Source: Candidatus Bathyarchaeia archaeon
GTDB taxonomy: Archaea > Thermoproteota > Bathyarchaeia > TCS64
DNA: 63,324 nt
Direction: 5' to 3'
Assembly (NCBI GenBank): GCA_050014495.1
Contig: JBEKDF010000016.1
Coordinates: 1 to 63,324 of the forward strand
This document shows positions 8,793-18,262 of the stretch, one piece after another. Each line of letters begins with the position of its first letter. Position 1 is the stretch's first letter. A program made the translations under genes and the position numbers. The notes below the pieces were generated by a model that was not told where the DNA came from, did no database searches, and was given only the letters and a program-made list of their open reading frames with translations.

Positions 8793-10529
8793 ATGGGCAG
8801 AGTCAGTGTAGAAAGCCTGTCTTATAGCTACCCGAACACTAACGATTTCGCTCTAAGAGACGTCAATTTCAATATAGAGGAAGGAGAATTCATTCTACTC
8901 ACCGGCCCGAGCGGATGCGGCAAGACAACCTTCTGCCGTTGCCTAAACGGCCTCATCCCCCAGTTCTACAATGGAGAGATGAAAGGAGACATAAGAATCG
9001 ATGGCCTCTCGACAAGGGAGCATCCAACATATGAGCTCGCAAAACATGTTGGCCTAATATTTCAAAACCCTGACAACCAGATCTTCTCACTCACTGTCGA
9101 AAAGGACATTGCGTTTGGCCTTGAAAACATTGGCGAACCCAAACCCAAAATGGTCTCAGAGATAGACTGGGCAATGAATCAAGTTGGGATCACCCCTCTA
9201 CGAGAGAGAGGTACTCACGAACTATCAGGCGGCGAGAAACAACGTCTTACGATAGCCAGCGTCTTGGCGATGCACCCCGGTGTCATCGTTATGGATGAAC
9301 CAACTGCATTCCTCGACCCTGTTGGCGCTGAGAAAATATTTAACGTGTTAAAAGCCCTCAACGAGGAACACAACATAACGATTATCCTTATAGAACATAG
9401 AATGGACCTCGCCGTAAAATACTGCAGCAGGATAATTGTCTTCAATGAGGGCAGTGTGGTAAACGATGGCAAGCCTCGCGAGATCTTCACTTCGGATGAA
9501 ACCCGCTTAATCGGTGTCGGCATCCCCCGCATGGTCGAGTTAGGTAGAAGGCTACGTCAAACAGGATACCCCATAGGAATCCCACTGGACTCAGCAGAGG
9601 CCTACGCGAACCTTACACCCTATCTGATTAAGCAGGAGGCACCCAAGCCCCGCGGAGAAATCGAGGATCAAAACACGTACGAAGAGGAGTATTCAAGCAG
9701 CCCCCTCCTCCAGTTAACAGATGTTAGCTATTCCTACTCGGACGCCGTCGAGGCTCTCAAGGGAGTCTCCCTCTCGATTAAACGGGGTGAATATATCGCT
9801 ATTATGGGTGAAAACGGTGCAGGCAAGACAACACTCGTTAAACACTTCAACGGCCTCCTACGTCCCAAAAATGGCGCTGTTGTTTTAGACGGTGAGGATG
9901 TGTCCACTAAGAGCGTCGCCTCGATGGCGCGTAAGGTGGGCTTAGTATTCCAAAACCCTGATGACCAGCTCTTCGCCGAGGATGTCGAGGAAGAGATAAG
10001 CTTCGCTCTAAGAAACTTTGGATACAAGGAAGACGTTATAAAAGAACGAGTGAATTGGGCCCTAAATCTACTTGATCTTGAACGTTATAGGAAGTCTAGC
10101 CCATTCATTCTCAGTGGCGGAGAACGAAAACGAGTGGCATTAGCCTCAATACTAGCCTGGAACCCAGAACTTCTCGTCCTCGATGAGCCAACAGTCGGTC
10201 AAGACCATGGGCAGAAGGAAAGGCTCAAACACTTCCTCATGCAGCTGCGTACCCAGGGCAAGACCGTTGTGATAGTCACTCACGACGTAGAATTCGTGGC
10301 CGAGAGCCAACCTCATATCTTCCTGATGGCGCAGGGCAAAGTAATCGCTGATGGCCCTACAAAAAGGATAATGACTGACAAAAAGAGCCTCGAGGACAGC
10401 AGTGTATCACCCCCCGAGGTCACAAAACTTTTCTCCAAACTAACCCCATTTGGCTTTCCCCCGGATGTAGTCGACGTCGATGAAGCCATTGAACTTCTAA
10501 CGAAGAAGATGCGGGGGAATAAGAAATGA
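8793..10529 (+). CDS. ecfA: ECF transporter ATPase, fused A/A' domains
   Basis: Two ABC cassettes: GPSGCGKT/LSGGE/DEPT and GENGAGKT/LSGGE/DEPT; FQNPD Q-loops. Confidence 0.95.
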   Translation: MGRVSVESLSYSYPNTNDFALRDVNFNIEEGEFILLTGPSGCGKTTFCRCLNGLIPQFYNGEMKGDIRIDGLSTREHPTYELAKHVGLIFQNPDNQIFSLTVEKDIAFGLENIGEPKPKMVSEIDWAMNQVGITPLRERGTHELSGGEKQRLTIASVLAMHPGVIVMDEPTAFLDPVGAEKIFNVLKALNEEHNITIILIEHRMDLAVKYCSRIIVFNEGSVVNDGKPREIFTSDETRLIGVGIPRMVELGRRLRQTGYPIGIPLDSAEAYANLTPYLIKQEAPKPRGEIEDQNTYEEEYSSSPLLQLTDVSYSYSDAVEALKGVSLSIKRGEYIAIMGENGAGKTTLVKHFNGLLRPKNGAVVLDGEDVSTKSVASMARKVGLVFQNPDDQLFAEDVEEEISFALRNFGYKEDVIKERVNWALNLLDLERYRKSSPFILSGGERKRVALASILAWNPELLVLDEPTVGQDHGQKERLKHFLMQLRTQGKTVVIVTHDVEFVAESQPHIFLMAQGKVIADGPTKRIMTDKKSLEDSSVSPPEVTKLFSKLTPFGFPPDVVDVDEAIELLTKKMRGNKK

Positions 10530-11320
10530 GCCTGCTTGAGGGACTTAGGTTCATAAGGGGAGATTCGGTGCTCCACAGACTTGACCCCCGCGTCAAGTTC
10601 TTAATGACAATGGTCATATTCGCACTGTCAATAATTTTTTTCGATCTAATACCACTCTTACTCGTATTTATTCTTCAAATTCCTTTGATCCTAATTGGGC
10701 GAATATCGAAGGAGTGGCTTAAAACCTTGAAGGGAGCTGCGTTTCTGGCGCTGATTATTTTCGCGACCAATTTGCTCAGTTTCTATTTCTTCCAGGGTAT
10801 GCACCTAACGGGTGCAATAGTGGAGTATAGTCTTACCCTCACACTGAGGTTCCTAGCCCTTATAACGAGCTTCAGCCTCTTTTTCCTCACAACTTCCCCC
10901 GACAAGCTAAGTCTCGCCTTAGAAAAGGCTAGGGTCCCCTATGAATTCAACTTCGCCTTCATAACAGCGATAAGGTTCGTACCGGTGCTAGCTGAGGAGG
11001 CCCAGACTATAATGGACGCGCAAAGATCTAGGGGCTTAGAACTTGACAAAGGTGGTTTCCTATCTCGTGTCAGAAAATACATTCCTATCCTTCTCCCCCT
11101 AATCGTTAATTCCATTAGAAGGAGTCTGGAACTCGCCGAAGCAATGGAGTCACGGGCCTTCGGAGCAACTAAGAACAGAACTAATCTATATGAACTCAAG
11201 ATGGCGAAGAGCGACTATATTGTACTTTTCATTTCTATTGGCGTCCTAATTATCGCAGTATACGCTCACTTCTTTTTGCCTCCATTCCCAAAGGTAATGA
11301 ATGGAATCTTATTCGTCTAA
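10526..11320 (+). CDS. ecfT: ECF transporter transmembrane T component
   Basis: LHRLDPRVK, AQRSRG, AMESRAF motifs. Confidence 0.95.
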   Translation: MSLLEGLRFIRGDSVLHRLDPRVKFLMTMVIFALSIIFFDLIPLLLVFILQIPLILIGRISKEWLKTLKGAAFLALIIFATNLLSFYFFQGMHLTGAIVEYSLTLTLRFLALITSFSLFFLTTSPDKLSLALEKARVPYEFNFAFITAIRFVPVLAEEAQTIMDAQRSRGLELDKGGFLSRVRKYIPILLPLIVNSIRRSLELAEAMESRAFGATKNRTNLYELKMAKSDYIVLFISIGVLIIAVYAHFFLPPFPKVMNGILFV

Positions 11321-11418
11321 GACAATTCTTATAGTCATTTTCATAACCCTTAAATAATTACTATAGAGACTAGAGTCGATATCTAGGGTATCAGTAAATA
11401 CTATAAGAGGTGCTATAA

Positions 11419-12495
11419 ATGGAACCTAGACGAATTCAAAAAGTTGGCTACTCAACCCTCTCAGTTAGCATTCCTATGAACTGGGCAAAGAAGATGAATG
11501 TCAAGAAGGGTGATATTGTCTTTCTCAGTGAGGAGAACGACGGAGCGCTCCGCGTCGCACCTGAGCCCAGTAAGGCAGAGAACACTAGTATCTACGTCGT
11601 AAATGTCGACCAGTGTGATAACACAAAGATCCTCGCACGTGTTATCGTCGGAAACTATGTTCTCGGACGTAACATGATACGTGTAGAATCAAATCGTCGC
11701 CTAATGAGGGAGCAGATCGAAAGTATTAGAGAGGTCACACAAAGGCTTCTCGGAATAGGGATAATCGAGGAGAGCGACAAGCATCTTCTATTACAATGCA
11801 GCATAGATCCGAAGAACTTTCCCTTAGAGACCGTCGTCAAACGCCTCTACGTGATAACGAGTATAATGTTCAAGGAATCCATCGACAGTTTAATTGACGA
11901 GGACCCCGAGCTAGCAAAGGATGCAATTACACGCGAGTATGAGGCGGATACCATCTACTGGCTTTTATCCCGACTGCTAGCCTCTGCACAACAGAGCCGC
12001 GTTGTTTCTGAGAGTATAGGGATTGTCGACCCTATGGAGATCGCCGAGTTCAATCTAATCGCCTGGTACCTAGAAATGATTGGGGACCGTCTAAATTCCG
12101 TATGTTCCAATCTCCTAAAACTCGAGAATCATAAAAAGAGCAGTGACGGCGAACTAATTGAGCGTCTGGGCCAGCTCGCTCTCGTCAGCTTCACAATGTT
12201 CGATAAGGCGATGAAGAGCATCGTGGACAAGGACATCAAAGTGGCCAGCGACGCCGTTGACCTTTATGAAGCAGTCCAAATAGAGGAGGAGAAGCTCCTA
12301 AGCGAGTTCCACACTACGAACTCAGAGCTCACTATCCGATTCAACATGATCGCCTGGGAGTTCAAAATAATTGCGGAACACAGTTCGGCTATCGCTGAGA
12401 TATCTATAGACAACATCCTTCGTGGCGAGAATAAGATCTGCAGGATAGAAGAAGAGCCAAAGGAAGATGAACAGATGGCCCACCGCAATTTTTAG
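11419..12495 (+). CDS. Archaeal PhoU-family regulator with N-terminal AbrB-like domain
   Basis: RRIQKVGYSTLSVSIPMNWA N-terminus; LEMIGD and IIAEHS PhoU repeats. Confidence 0.9.
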   Translation: MEPRRIQKVGYSTLSVSIPMNWAKKMNVKKGDIVFLSEENDGALRVAPEPSKAENTSIYVVNVDQCDNTKILARVIVGNYVLGRNMIRVESNRRLMREQIESIREVTQRLLGIGIIEESDKHLLLQCSIDPKNFPLETVVKRLYVITSIMFKESIDSLIDEDPELAKDAITREYEADTIYWLLSRLLASAQQSRVVSESIGIVDPMEIAEFNLIAWYLEMIGDRLNSVCSNLLKLENHKKSSDGELIERLGQLALVSFTMFDKAMKSIVDKDIKVASDAVDLYEAVQIEEEKLLSEFHTTNSELTIRFNMIAWEFKIIAEHSSAIAEISIDNILRGENKICRIEEEPKEDEQMAHRNF

Positions 12496-12838
12496 GGCGA
12501 TAGAATCGAGATTGTAATCACTCTAACCATTAATATAACGGTTCGTAGCCATCAGAAATCATAGTATATACTTTTACCTCTAACCGTTTGAATAATTAAT
12601 TTCCCAATTACTCGTTGTATAATAGACTCCCCAAATATTTAATGACGAAATAGATAGGGAAAGGTGATTTGCTTGACTAGAACCTTACTTATAAAGAAAA
12701 AATCAGTGAAAACCTATACAGTTTTTCTACTATAAAATTGGTGTACTAGCTAATCATTACTGGAGTCAACAGATAAATAGGTTTATAGGAGCCTTTTTTC
12801 AGTCTATAGACAATTCGCGAAAAGGGATTTGAATATCC

Positions 12839-15049
12839 ATGGTACGTTACAAGCAGACAAGCGAAATCCTGAAGCTTATGCTCGACAAGGAACATATCAG
12901 GAATATAGGCATAATCGCGCACATCGATCATGGTAAAACAACGATGAGTGACAGCCTACTTGCAGCAGCTGGGCTAATGTCGCCTGACCGCGCAGGTGAG
13001 GCTCGTGCCCTCGACTATCTCGAGGAGGAACAGGCAAGGGGCATCACCATTAAAACAGCTAACATAAGCCTGTTATACGAAGATGAAAAAGGTCAGCCAT
13101 ACGTCATTAACCTCATCGATACTCCTGGGCACGTTGACTTCAGCGGAAAAGTCACCCGTGCCATGAGAGCGCTTGATGGATGCATACTACTTGTAGACGC
13201 CGTGGAGGAGTTCCAGATTATGACTGAGGTACGCCTCAGGCTAGCTCTCGATGAGGCGGTCCGACCCGTATTATACATCAACAAATTCGATAGGCTAATC
13301 AAAGAACTCAAAATGGACGCCGACATGGCCCAGGAAAAGATACTGCGCATTATAAACCAGTTCAACACTATTGTCCAGACTTTCGCATCAGACGAATTGA
13401 AGAATGAATGGACAGTCAACGCGGGCGCGGGTCAGGTCTGCTTTGGCTCGGCTCTAGACCGTTGGGGCTTTACACTCCCTATACTCCAAAAGAAAGGCTT
13501 GACCTTCAATCAGCTTGTCCAGATGTACAAGGATGGTAGGCTCGAGGAAATTCAAGAAAAACTCCCGCTCGCTGAGGCTATGCTCAGCATGGTCACTCAA
13601 CACCTACCAAACCCCATCGTTGCTCAACCCAGGAGACTCAAGACGATCTGGAAGGGCGATCCCGAGAGCCCTATGGGGAAAGCGATGTACGCCATCGATC
13701 CAAATGGCCCAACGGTCGTATGCATTACCAACATCGTCATAGATCCACAGGCAGGAGTCGTCAGTACGGGCCGTGTCTTCAGCGGTACCCTCCACAAAGG
13801 ACAGGACTTTCATCTAGTAAGCGCCAAGAAGGACCTCAAGGCACAGCAAGTTAGCATCTATATGGGTCAATACAGAGAGATAGTTGACGAAATCCCAGCT
13901 GGGAATATCGTTGCTCTCCTGGGCATTGCTGAGGGTAGGGCCGGTGAGACTCTTGTGGACCCCTCCCTTAAGGCCGATGCCGTAGGGTTCGAGTCCATAA
14001 AATATGCTTCTGACCCAGTTCTCACAATCGCCGTCGAGCCCAAGAAACCAACCGATCTCCCTCGACTCATCGATGCCATGCAGAAAATGAGTATCCAAGA
14101 TCCCAATCTAGTCACAACCATAAACCAGGAGACTGGTGAGTACCTCCTAGCAGGAATGGGTGAACTTCACCTCGAGATCGCTCTCAAAGACCTCAAGCGC
14201 GAGTACAATCTCGATGTGACTGAGAGCGAACCCACGGTCGTGTATCGCGAAGCTATACGTGATAGCGTGGGCCCATTTATGGGTAAGAGCCCCAACAAGC
14301 ACAATAGGGTTTACTTCAACTTCGAGCCACTCGACCCGAATATAATTGAACTAATTCGCAACGGCGAGATAAGCGTCATAACAAGCCAGAGAAAGATGGA
14401 GGAAATCCTAGTAGAGAAGGCGGGCTGGACTACTAAGCAATCACGTCAGGTCTTCGCTATCAACGAAAATGCAAACATGATGGTCGACACCACAGTTGGC
14501 ATCCAGGGTATTCGTGAGGTAAAGGAACACATCTCCGGAGGATTCGCCTGGGCTCTCCAGAATGGTCCGCTCGCAGGCGAGATTGTACGCGGCCTAATGG
14601 TTGACATGGTCGATGTCGCGCTTCACGAGGACCCTGTGCATAGGGGCCCGGCGCAGATGATGCCCGCAGTCAGAGGAGCCATATACGCTGGTATGCTCTC
14701 AGCGCGTCCAACTCTGCTCGAACCCATCTATAAGATACAAGTCCGCGTTCCAGCCCAGTGGCTAGGCAATGTGACTGGCCTCCTCGGTAAGAAAAGGGGC
14801 AGGGTTCAAAATATGGAGCAGCAGGGAGCTGTCACCGTTATTACAGGGTTCGTTCCCGTCAGTGAGACGATCGGTTTCAGTGCAGATATGAGGGCTGCTA
14901 CAAGTGGCAGCGCTTTCTGGCAGAGCACCTTCGATCACTGGGCACCCGTCCCCGACAGTCTACTCCTCGAAGTCGTTAAGAAGATACGTACGAGGAAGGG
15001 TATGACGCCTGACCCGCCAACGGCGGCGGAGTACATAGTGAGGGATTAA
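12839..15049 (+). CDS. fusA: Translation elongation factor aEF-2 (or close paralog)
   Basis: AHIDHGKTT, RGITI, DTPGHVDF, NKFD, GMGELHLE, diphthamide loop HEDPVHRGPAQ. Confidence 0.95.
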   Translation: MVRYKQTSEILKLMLDKEHIRNIGIIAHIDHGKTTMSDSLLAAAGLMSPDRAGEARALDYLEEEQARGITIKTANISLLYEDEKGQPYVINLIDTPGHVDFSGKVTRAMRALDGCILLVDAVEEFQIMTEVRLRLALDEAVRPVLYINKFDRLIKELKMDADMAQEKILRIINQFNTIVQTFASDELKNEWTVNAGAGQVCFGSALDRWGFTLPILQKKGLTFNQLVQMYKDGRLEEIQEKLPLAEAMLSMVTQHLPNPIVAQPRRLKTIWKGDPESPMGKAMYAIDPNGPTVVCITNIVIDPQAGVVSTGRVFSGTLHKGQDFHLVSAKKDLKAQQVSIYMGQYREIVDEIPAGNIVALLGIAEGRAGETLVDPSLKADAVGFESIKYASDPVLTIAVEPKKPTDLPRLIDAMQKMSIQDPNLVTTINQETGEYLLAGMGELHLEIALKDLKREYNLDVTESEPTVVYREAIRDSVGPFMGKSPNKHNRVYFNFEPLDPNIIELIRNGEISVITSQRKMEEILVEKAGWTTKQSRQVFAINENANMMVDTTVGIQGIREVKEHISGGFAWALQNGPLAGEIVRGLMVDMVDVALHEDPVHRGPAQMMPAVRGAIYAGMLSARPTLLEPIYKIQVRVPAQWLGNVTGLLGKKRGRVQNMEQQGAVTVITGFVPVSETIGFSADMRAATSGSAFWQSTFDHWAPVPDSLLLEVVKKIRTRKGMTPDPPTAAEYIVRD

Positions 15050-15106
15050 ACCCTCCAACCCTTTTTTAGACCAGAACCACACACCTCTACATTAGGTGGC
15101 CCTAGG

Positions 15107-16504
15107 TTGAAGTTCCTCAACGAAGACCATATTTTAGCAAATGGGACCGGGGTCTATACCAAATTGAGGAGAGACGCCCTCAAGATGCTTGAATCGGCTC
15201 TCGACTCCGTCGACCCGAAGGAATCCATCTATAACAAGGTGAAAGTCGAGGAGGACAAGCTTACCATAGAGGATAAAATGTATGATCTAGATCGATTCAA
15301 ACGAGTCTACCTTGTAGGCGGTGGCAAGGCAGGTGGCTCCATGGCTGAGGCCATCGAGTCCCTGCTAGGTGATAGGCTCACGGGCGGGATCGTCAACATC
15401 TTACAGGGTACAGAGGGCAAGTATCATCTTAGAAGGGTCAAACTAGTTGGTGCGTCTCACCCCGTCCCAAATGAAGCGGGGGTGCGAGGCGTTGCCCAGA
15501 TGCTCTCAATGGTCAGCGGGTTGACGAGCAGAGATCTAGTCATCGTGATAATCTCGGGTGGGGGATCCGCCTTGATGCCGAGCCCCGCCGAGGGGATAAC
15601 ACTAGACGACATGCAGGCTATAACTGAGAGACTCCTGAAGAAGGGTGTCACGATTAACGACCTCAACGCTGTGAGGAAGCACCTCGACTCCTTCAAGGGA
15701 GGGCAGCTCGCCCAGCGGTGCCAACCCGCCAATGTGCTGAGTCTCATCTTGTCGGATGTCGTTGGGGACCCCCTAGATACCATCGCCTCAGGGCCTACTG
15801 CGCCTGACTCCACAACGTGGGTCGACGCTGAGAACGTCCTCAGGAAATACGATTCATGGAAGGATGCACCCGAGCCCATACGGAGAAGGGTCGAGAAGGG
15901 GGTAATGGGGGAAATACCTGAAACCCCAAAGTCAAACGACCAAGCCTTCTCAAAGATCTACAATGTGTTAGTGGCCAACAATTCGTACGCAGCAGAAGCG
16001 GCGTCGAAGAAAGCGACCGAGCTCGGGTACAACTCTATGATTCTCTCCACAATGGTTGAAGGAGAAGCGCGACAAGTTGGCAGCGTCTATGCGGGGATCG
16101 CTCGTGAGGTGGCGAGTAGGAGTAGACCGATCAGTGCACCCGCGGCGATTATTATCGGTGGCGAGACAACAGTGGATGTTAAAGGATCTGGAAATGGTGG
16201 GCGCAACCAAGAGGTAGCGCTCGGCGCTACGAAAAGAATAGCAGGAACGCCATGCCTCGTCGCCTCCCTCGCCACAGACGGCATAGACGGCCCAACTGAC
16301 TCAGCGGGGGCCATAGTAGATGGTGCCACCCTGAAACGAATAACCAAGCTGAACCTTTCAATCGATGCCACCCTGAGGGAGAACGACGCCTATCACCTCT
16401 TCGAGAAGGTCGAGGACCTCCTCATCACAGGCCCGACTGGGACGAACGTGAACGACCTCGCACTCATACTTGTGGCTGGGGAGTGGCGAGATGCCCACTC
16501 GTAG
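15107..16504 (+). CDS. Glycerate 2-kinase (MOFRL family)
   Basis: GGGKAG, ISGGGSAL, SDVVGD...IASGPT, GGETTV, GGRNQE, TDGIDG, TGTNVND. Confidence 0.93.
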   Translation: MKFLNEDHILANGTGVYTKLRRDALKMLESALDSVDPKESIYNKVKVEEDKLTIEDKMYDLDRFKRVYLVGGGKAGGSMAEAIESLLGDRLTGGIVNILQGTEGKYHLRRVKLVGASHPVPNEAGVRGVAQMLSMVSGLTSRDLVIVIISGGGSALMPSPAEGITLDDMQAITERLLKKGVTINDLNAVRKHLDSFKGGQLAQRCQPANVLSLILSDVVGDPLDTIASGPTAPDSTTWVDAENVLRKYDSWKDAPEPIRRRVEKGVMGEIPETPKSNDQAFSKIYNVLVANNSYAAEAASKKATELGYNSMILSTMVEGEARQVGSVYAGIAREVASRSRPISAPAAIIIGGETTVDVKGSGNGGRNQEVALGATKRIAGTPCLVASLATDGIDGPTDSAGAIVDGATLKRITKLNLSIDATLRENDAYHLFEKVEDLLITGPTGTNVNDLALILVAGEWRDAHS

Positions 16505-16889
16505 CGAGAGGCAGAGCGAAGCCCTCGCGGAACTCGAGGCTGTACTGAGAGGAGAGGATGAGCCGATAGAGTTCATACTCGTCGAGGGAACACGGGATGT
16601 CGAGGCCCTCCGCTTCTTGGGAGTGACCGCCCCAATCGATGTCAGATCTCATGTAAGAAGAGACGAACTCGCTATCGCTGACAGAATATCGACAAGGACC
16701 CATAATGTGCTCGTCCTCACCGACTTCGACGAGACGGGTAGGGCCCAGGCAAAACGTCTGACCGAGCTGTTGATCGCAGAAGGGGTTCATGTGCAGGTTG
16801 AACTGAGGAGGAAGATCAGCCGGCTGATGGGCGTCCTCAATCTTAAGACCATCGAATCCATCGACAACTTGATTATGAAGAAAGATTAG
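16491..16889 (+). CDS. Small TOPRIM-domain protein (RNase M5-like)
   Basis: ILVEGTRDVEAL and VLTDFDETG motifs; ATG at 16491. Confidence 0.88.
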   Translation: MPTRSERQSEALAELEAVLRGEDEPIEFILVEGTRDVEALRFLGVTAPIDVRSHVRRDELAIADRISTRTHNVLVLTDFDETGRAQAKRLTELLIAEGVHVQVELRRKISRLMGVLNLKTIESIDNLIMKKD

Positions 16890-16926
16890 GATGCATCGAC
16901 GGTTCTTAATCACACTCAGTCACAAA

Positions 16927-17063
16927 TAATGGCACCATTCCTAAAAACTGAATTATGGTACCATTCCATAATTCAAGTGAAGCTAATTCGCTCGCACCCC
17001 ATTAATTCGGTAGGTGATAAGTAATGGTACCATTTCTCAAAAACAATATTATGGTACCATTCC
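16927..17063. repeat. Two ~41-bp direct repeats, each containing two ATGGYACCAT palindromes separated by an A-tract
   Basis: Palindromes at 16929, 16955, 17024, 17051. Confidence 0.9.
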
Positions 17064-17272
17064 CCCTTACATACTCACCATAGAATCCATTAACTCAAAA
17101 AATGCGAGTGATATAGTTCTTCCCTAAACGCCCATAAGAGGGATGGTTTGCAGAACAAACCCGAGGTTATCGTAAGCCTCTCAGGAGCAGTGCCACCCAA
17201 TCGCCCACCCAAACTGGATGAGGTAGTTAGAGAGAGGTGTTAACTATAGATGTATGCTACGGAGCAAGGGAG

Positions 17273-17375
17273 TGACCCAGCATGACTCTGGCACTAATGA
17301 TGACCATGGTAATGGCTATGATGATGATCATGATGTTGATGACCGTGATGATGAGTCTGACAATGATAGTGACAT
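17273..17375. repeat. Low-complexity TGAY-rich tract
   Basis: Dense GATGAC/CATGAT/TGAC words; the reverse complement resembles the downstream GTCA array. Confidence 0.7.
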
Positions 17376-17427
17376 TGCAGAGGGCGTACCCCCCACACAC
17401 CCTCGTACTACAGTAGCAAACCACACC

Positions 17428-17638
17428 CAGTCACGGACAGTCATGGGCGGTCATGGCAAGTCACGGACAGTCACTCACGGTCACCCATCACGGACAGTCA
17501 CGGAAGAGTCACAGAATGAGTCACGGACAGTCACGGAAGAGCCATCAGAGGAGTCACAGACAGTCACAGTCACCCATCACAGACAGTCACGGAAGAGTCA
17601 CCAGATGAGTCACAGACAGTCATCGACGGTCAGTCACA
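17428..17638 (+). repeat. Imperfect tandem array of GTCACGGACA-type 10-12-bp units
   Basis: GTCA at 17430, 17440, 17450, 17460, 17470, 17480, 17497, 17508, 17520, 17530, 17553, 17563, 17569, 17586, 17597, 17609, 17619, 17629, 17633. Confidence 0.92.
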
Positions 17639-17727
17639 AGCCCAAAGCTATACTGATGGCCAATTAATACGAGGGTGTAATACAGAGGCCCTCTCCTCAC
17701 GATCTCGCGCATCGTGGCGGAGTAACT

Positions 17728-17919
17728 AATGGTACCAAAAGAATGGTGAAAGAAGCCATGTTGAAATGGCATTTCCTTTTCGCATGTATAATCTAAACCA
17801 CCACTAATGGTACCAATCATAAAACCTGGCATGCTTAAACAAGCACACCAAAACTCCCCATACTCGTTGAAACGATGAGAGTCATATAGGCGACGAACCC
17901 AAAGAAGAATGGTACCATT
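17728..17919. repeat. Three further AATGGTACCAW palindromes
   Basis: At 17729, 17807 and 17909; the last overlaps an ORF start. Confidence 0.88.
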
Positions 17920-18193
17920 GTCTGAGAGGAGGCACCGTTTATACCAGTCAGAGATCCCGGAGGTGATCCTGGGTCTCAGGTTGCGGCTCATTCAGCTGCT
18001 CGAGGAAAAGAATGACTCGGAGAGGGCTCAACTCACATATCGTTGCATGCATCGGCTTCTGGAGAGGAACCTTGGTCGGCCCAAGTACCCGGAGTTCAGC
18101 TGGGAATACCTATCATACTATGTATACGAGGGGGAGGAGCACATCCTAAACCGTCTAGATGAGATGAAGAAGGAGAGCGCACACACGAGATAA
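17909..18193 (+). CDS. Small helical hypothetical protein
   Basis: 94-aa ORF with normal protein composition (RNLGRPKYPEF); alternative TTG start at 17918. Confidence 0.65.
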   Translation: MVPLSERRHRLYQSEIPEVILGLRLRLIQLLEEKNDSERAQLTYRCMHRLLERNLGRPKYPEFSWEYLSYYVYEGEEHILNRLDEMKKESAHTR

Positions 18194-18262
18194 CGTTCTC
18201 CATGATCACGGTGTTGGAAACACATAATAGTACTCTAGAGGAAGTGATGGAAGGCGGCAAAT

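Noticed and set aside
17254..17667. 137-aa Asp/His/Ser/Thr-rich ORF
   Set aside because: It consists almost wholly of the DNA repeats and the repeat changes frame near 17577. Not called as CDS, though not excluded.
16890..17908. Canonical archaeal oriC
   Set aside because: No recognisable ORB (TCCA.TGGAAA plus G-string) and no adjacent orc1/cdc6.
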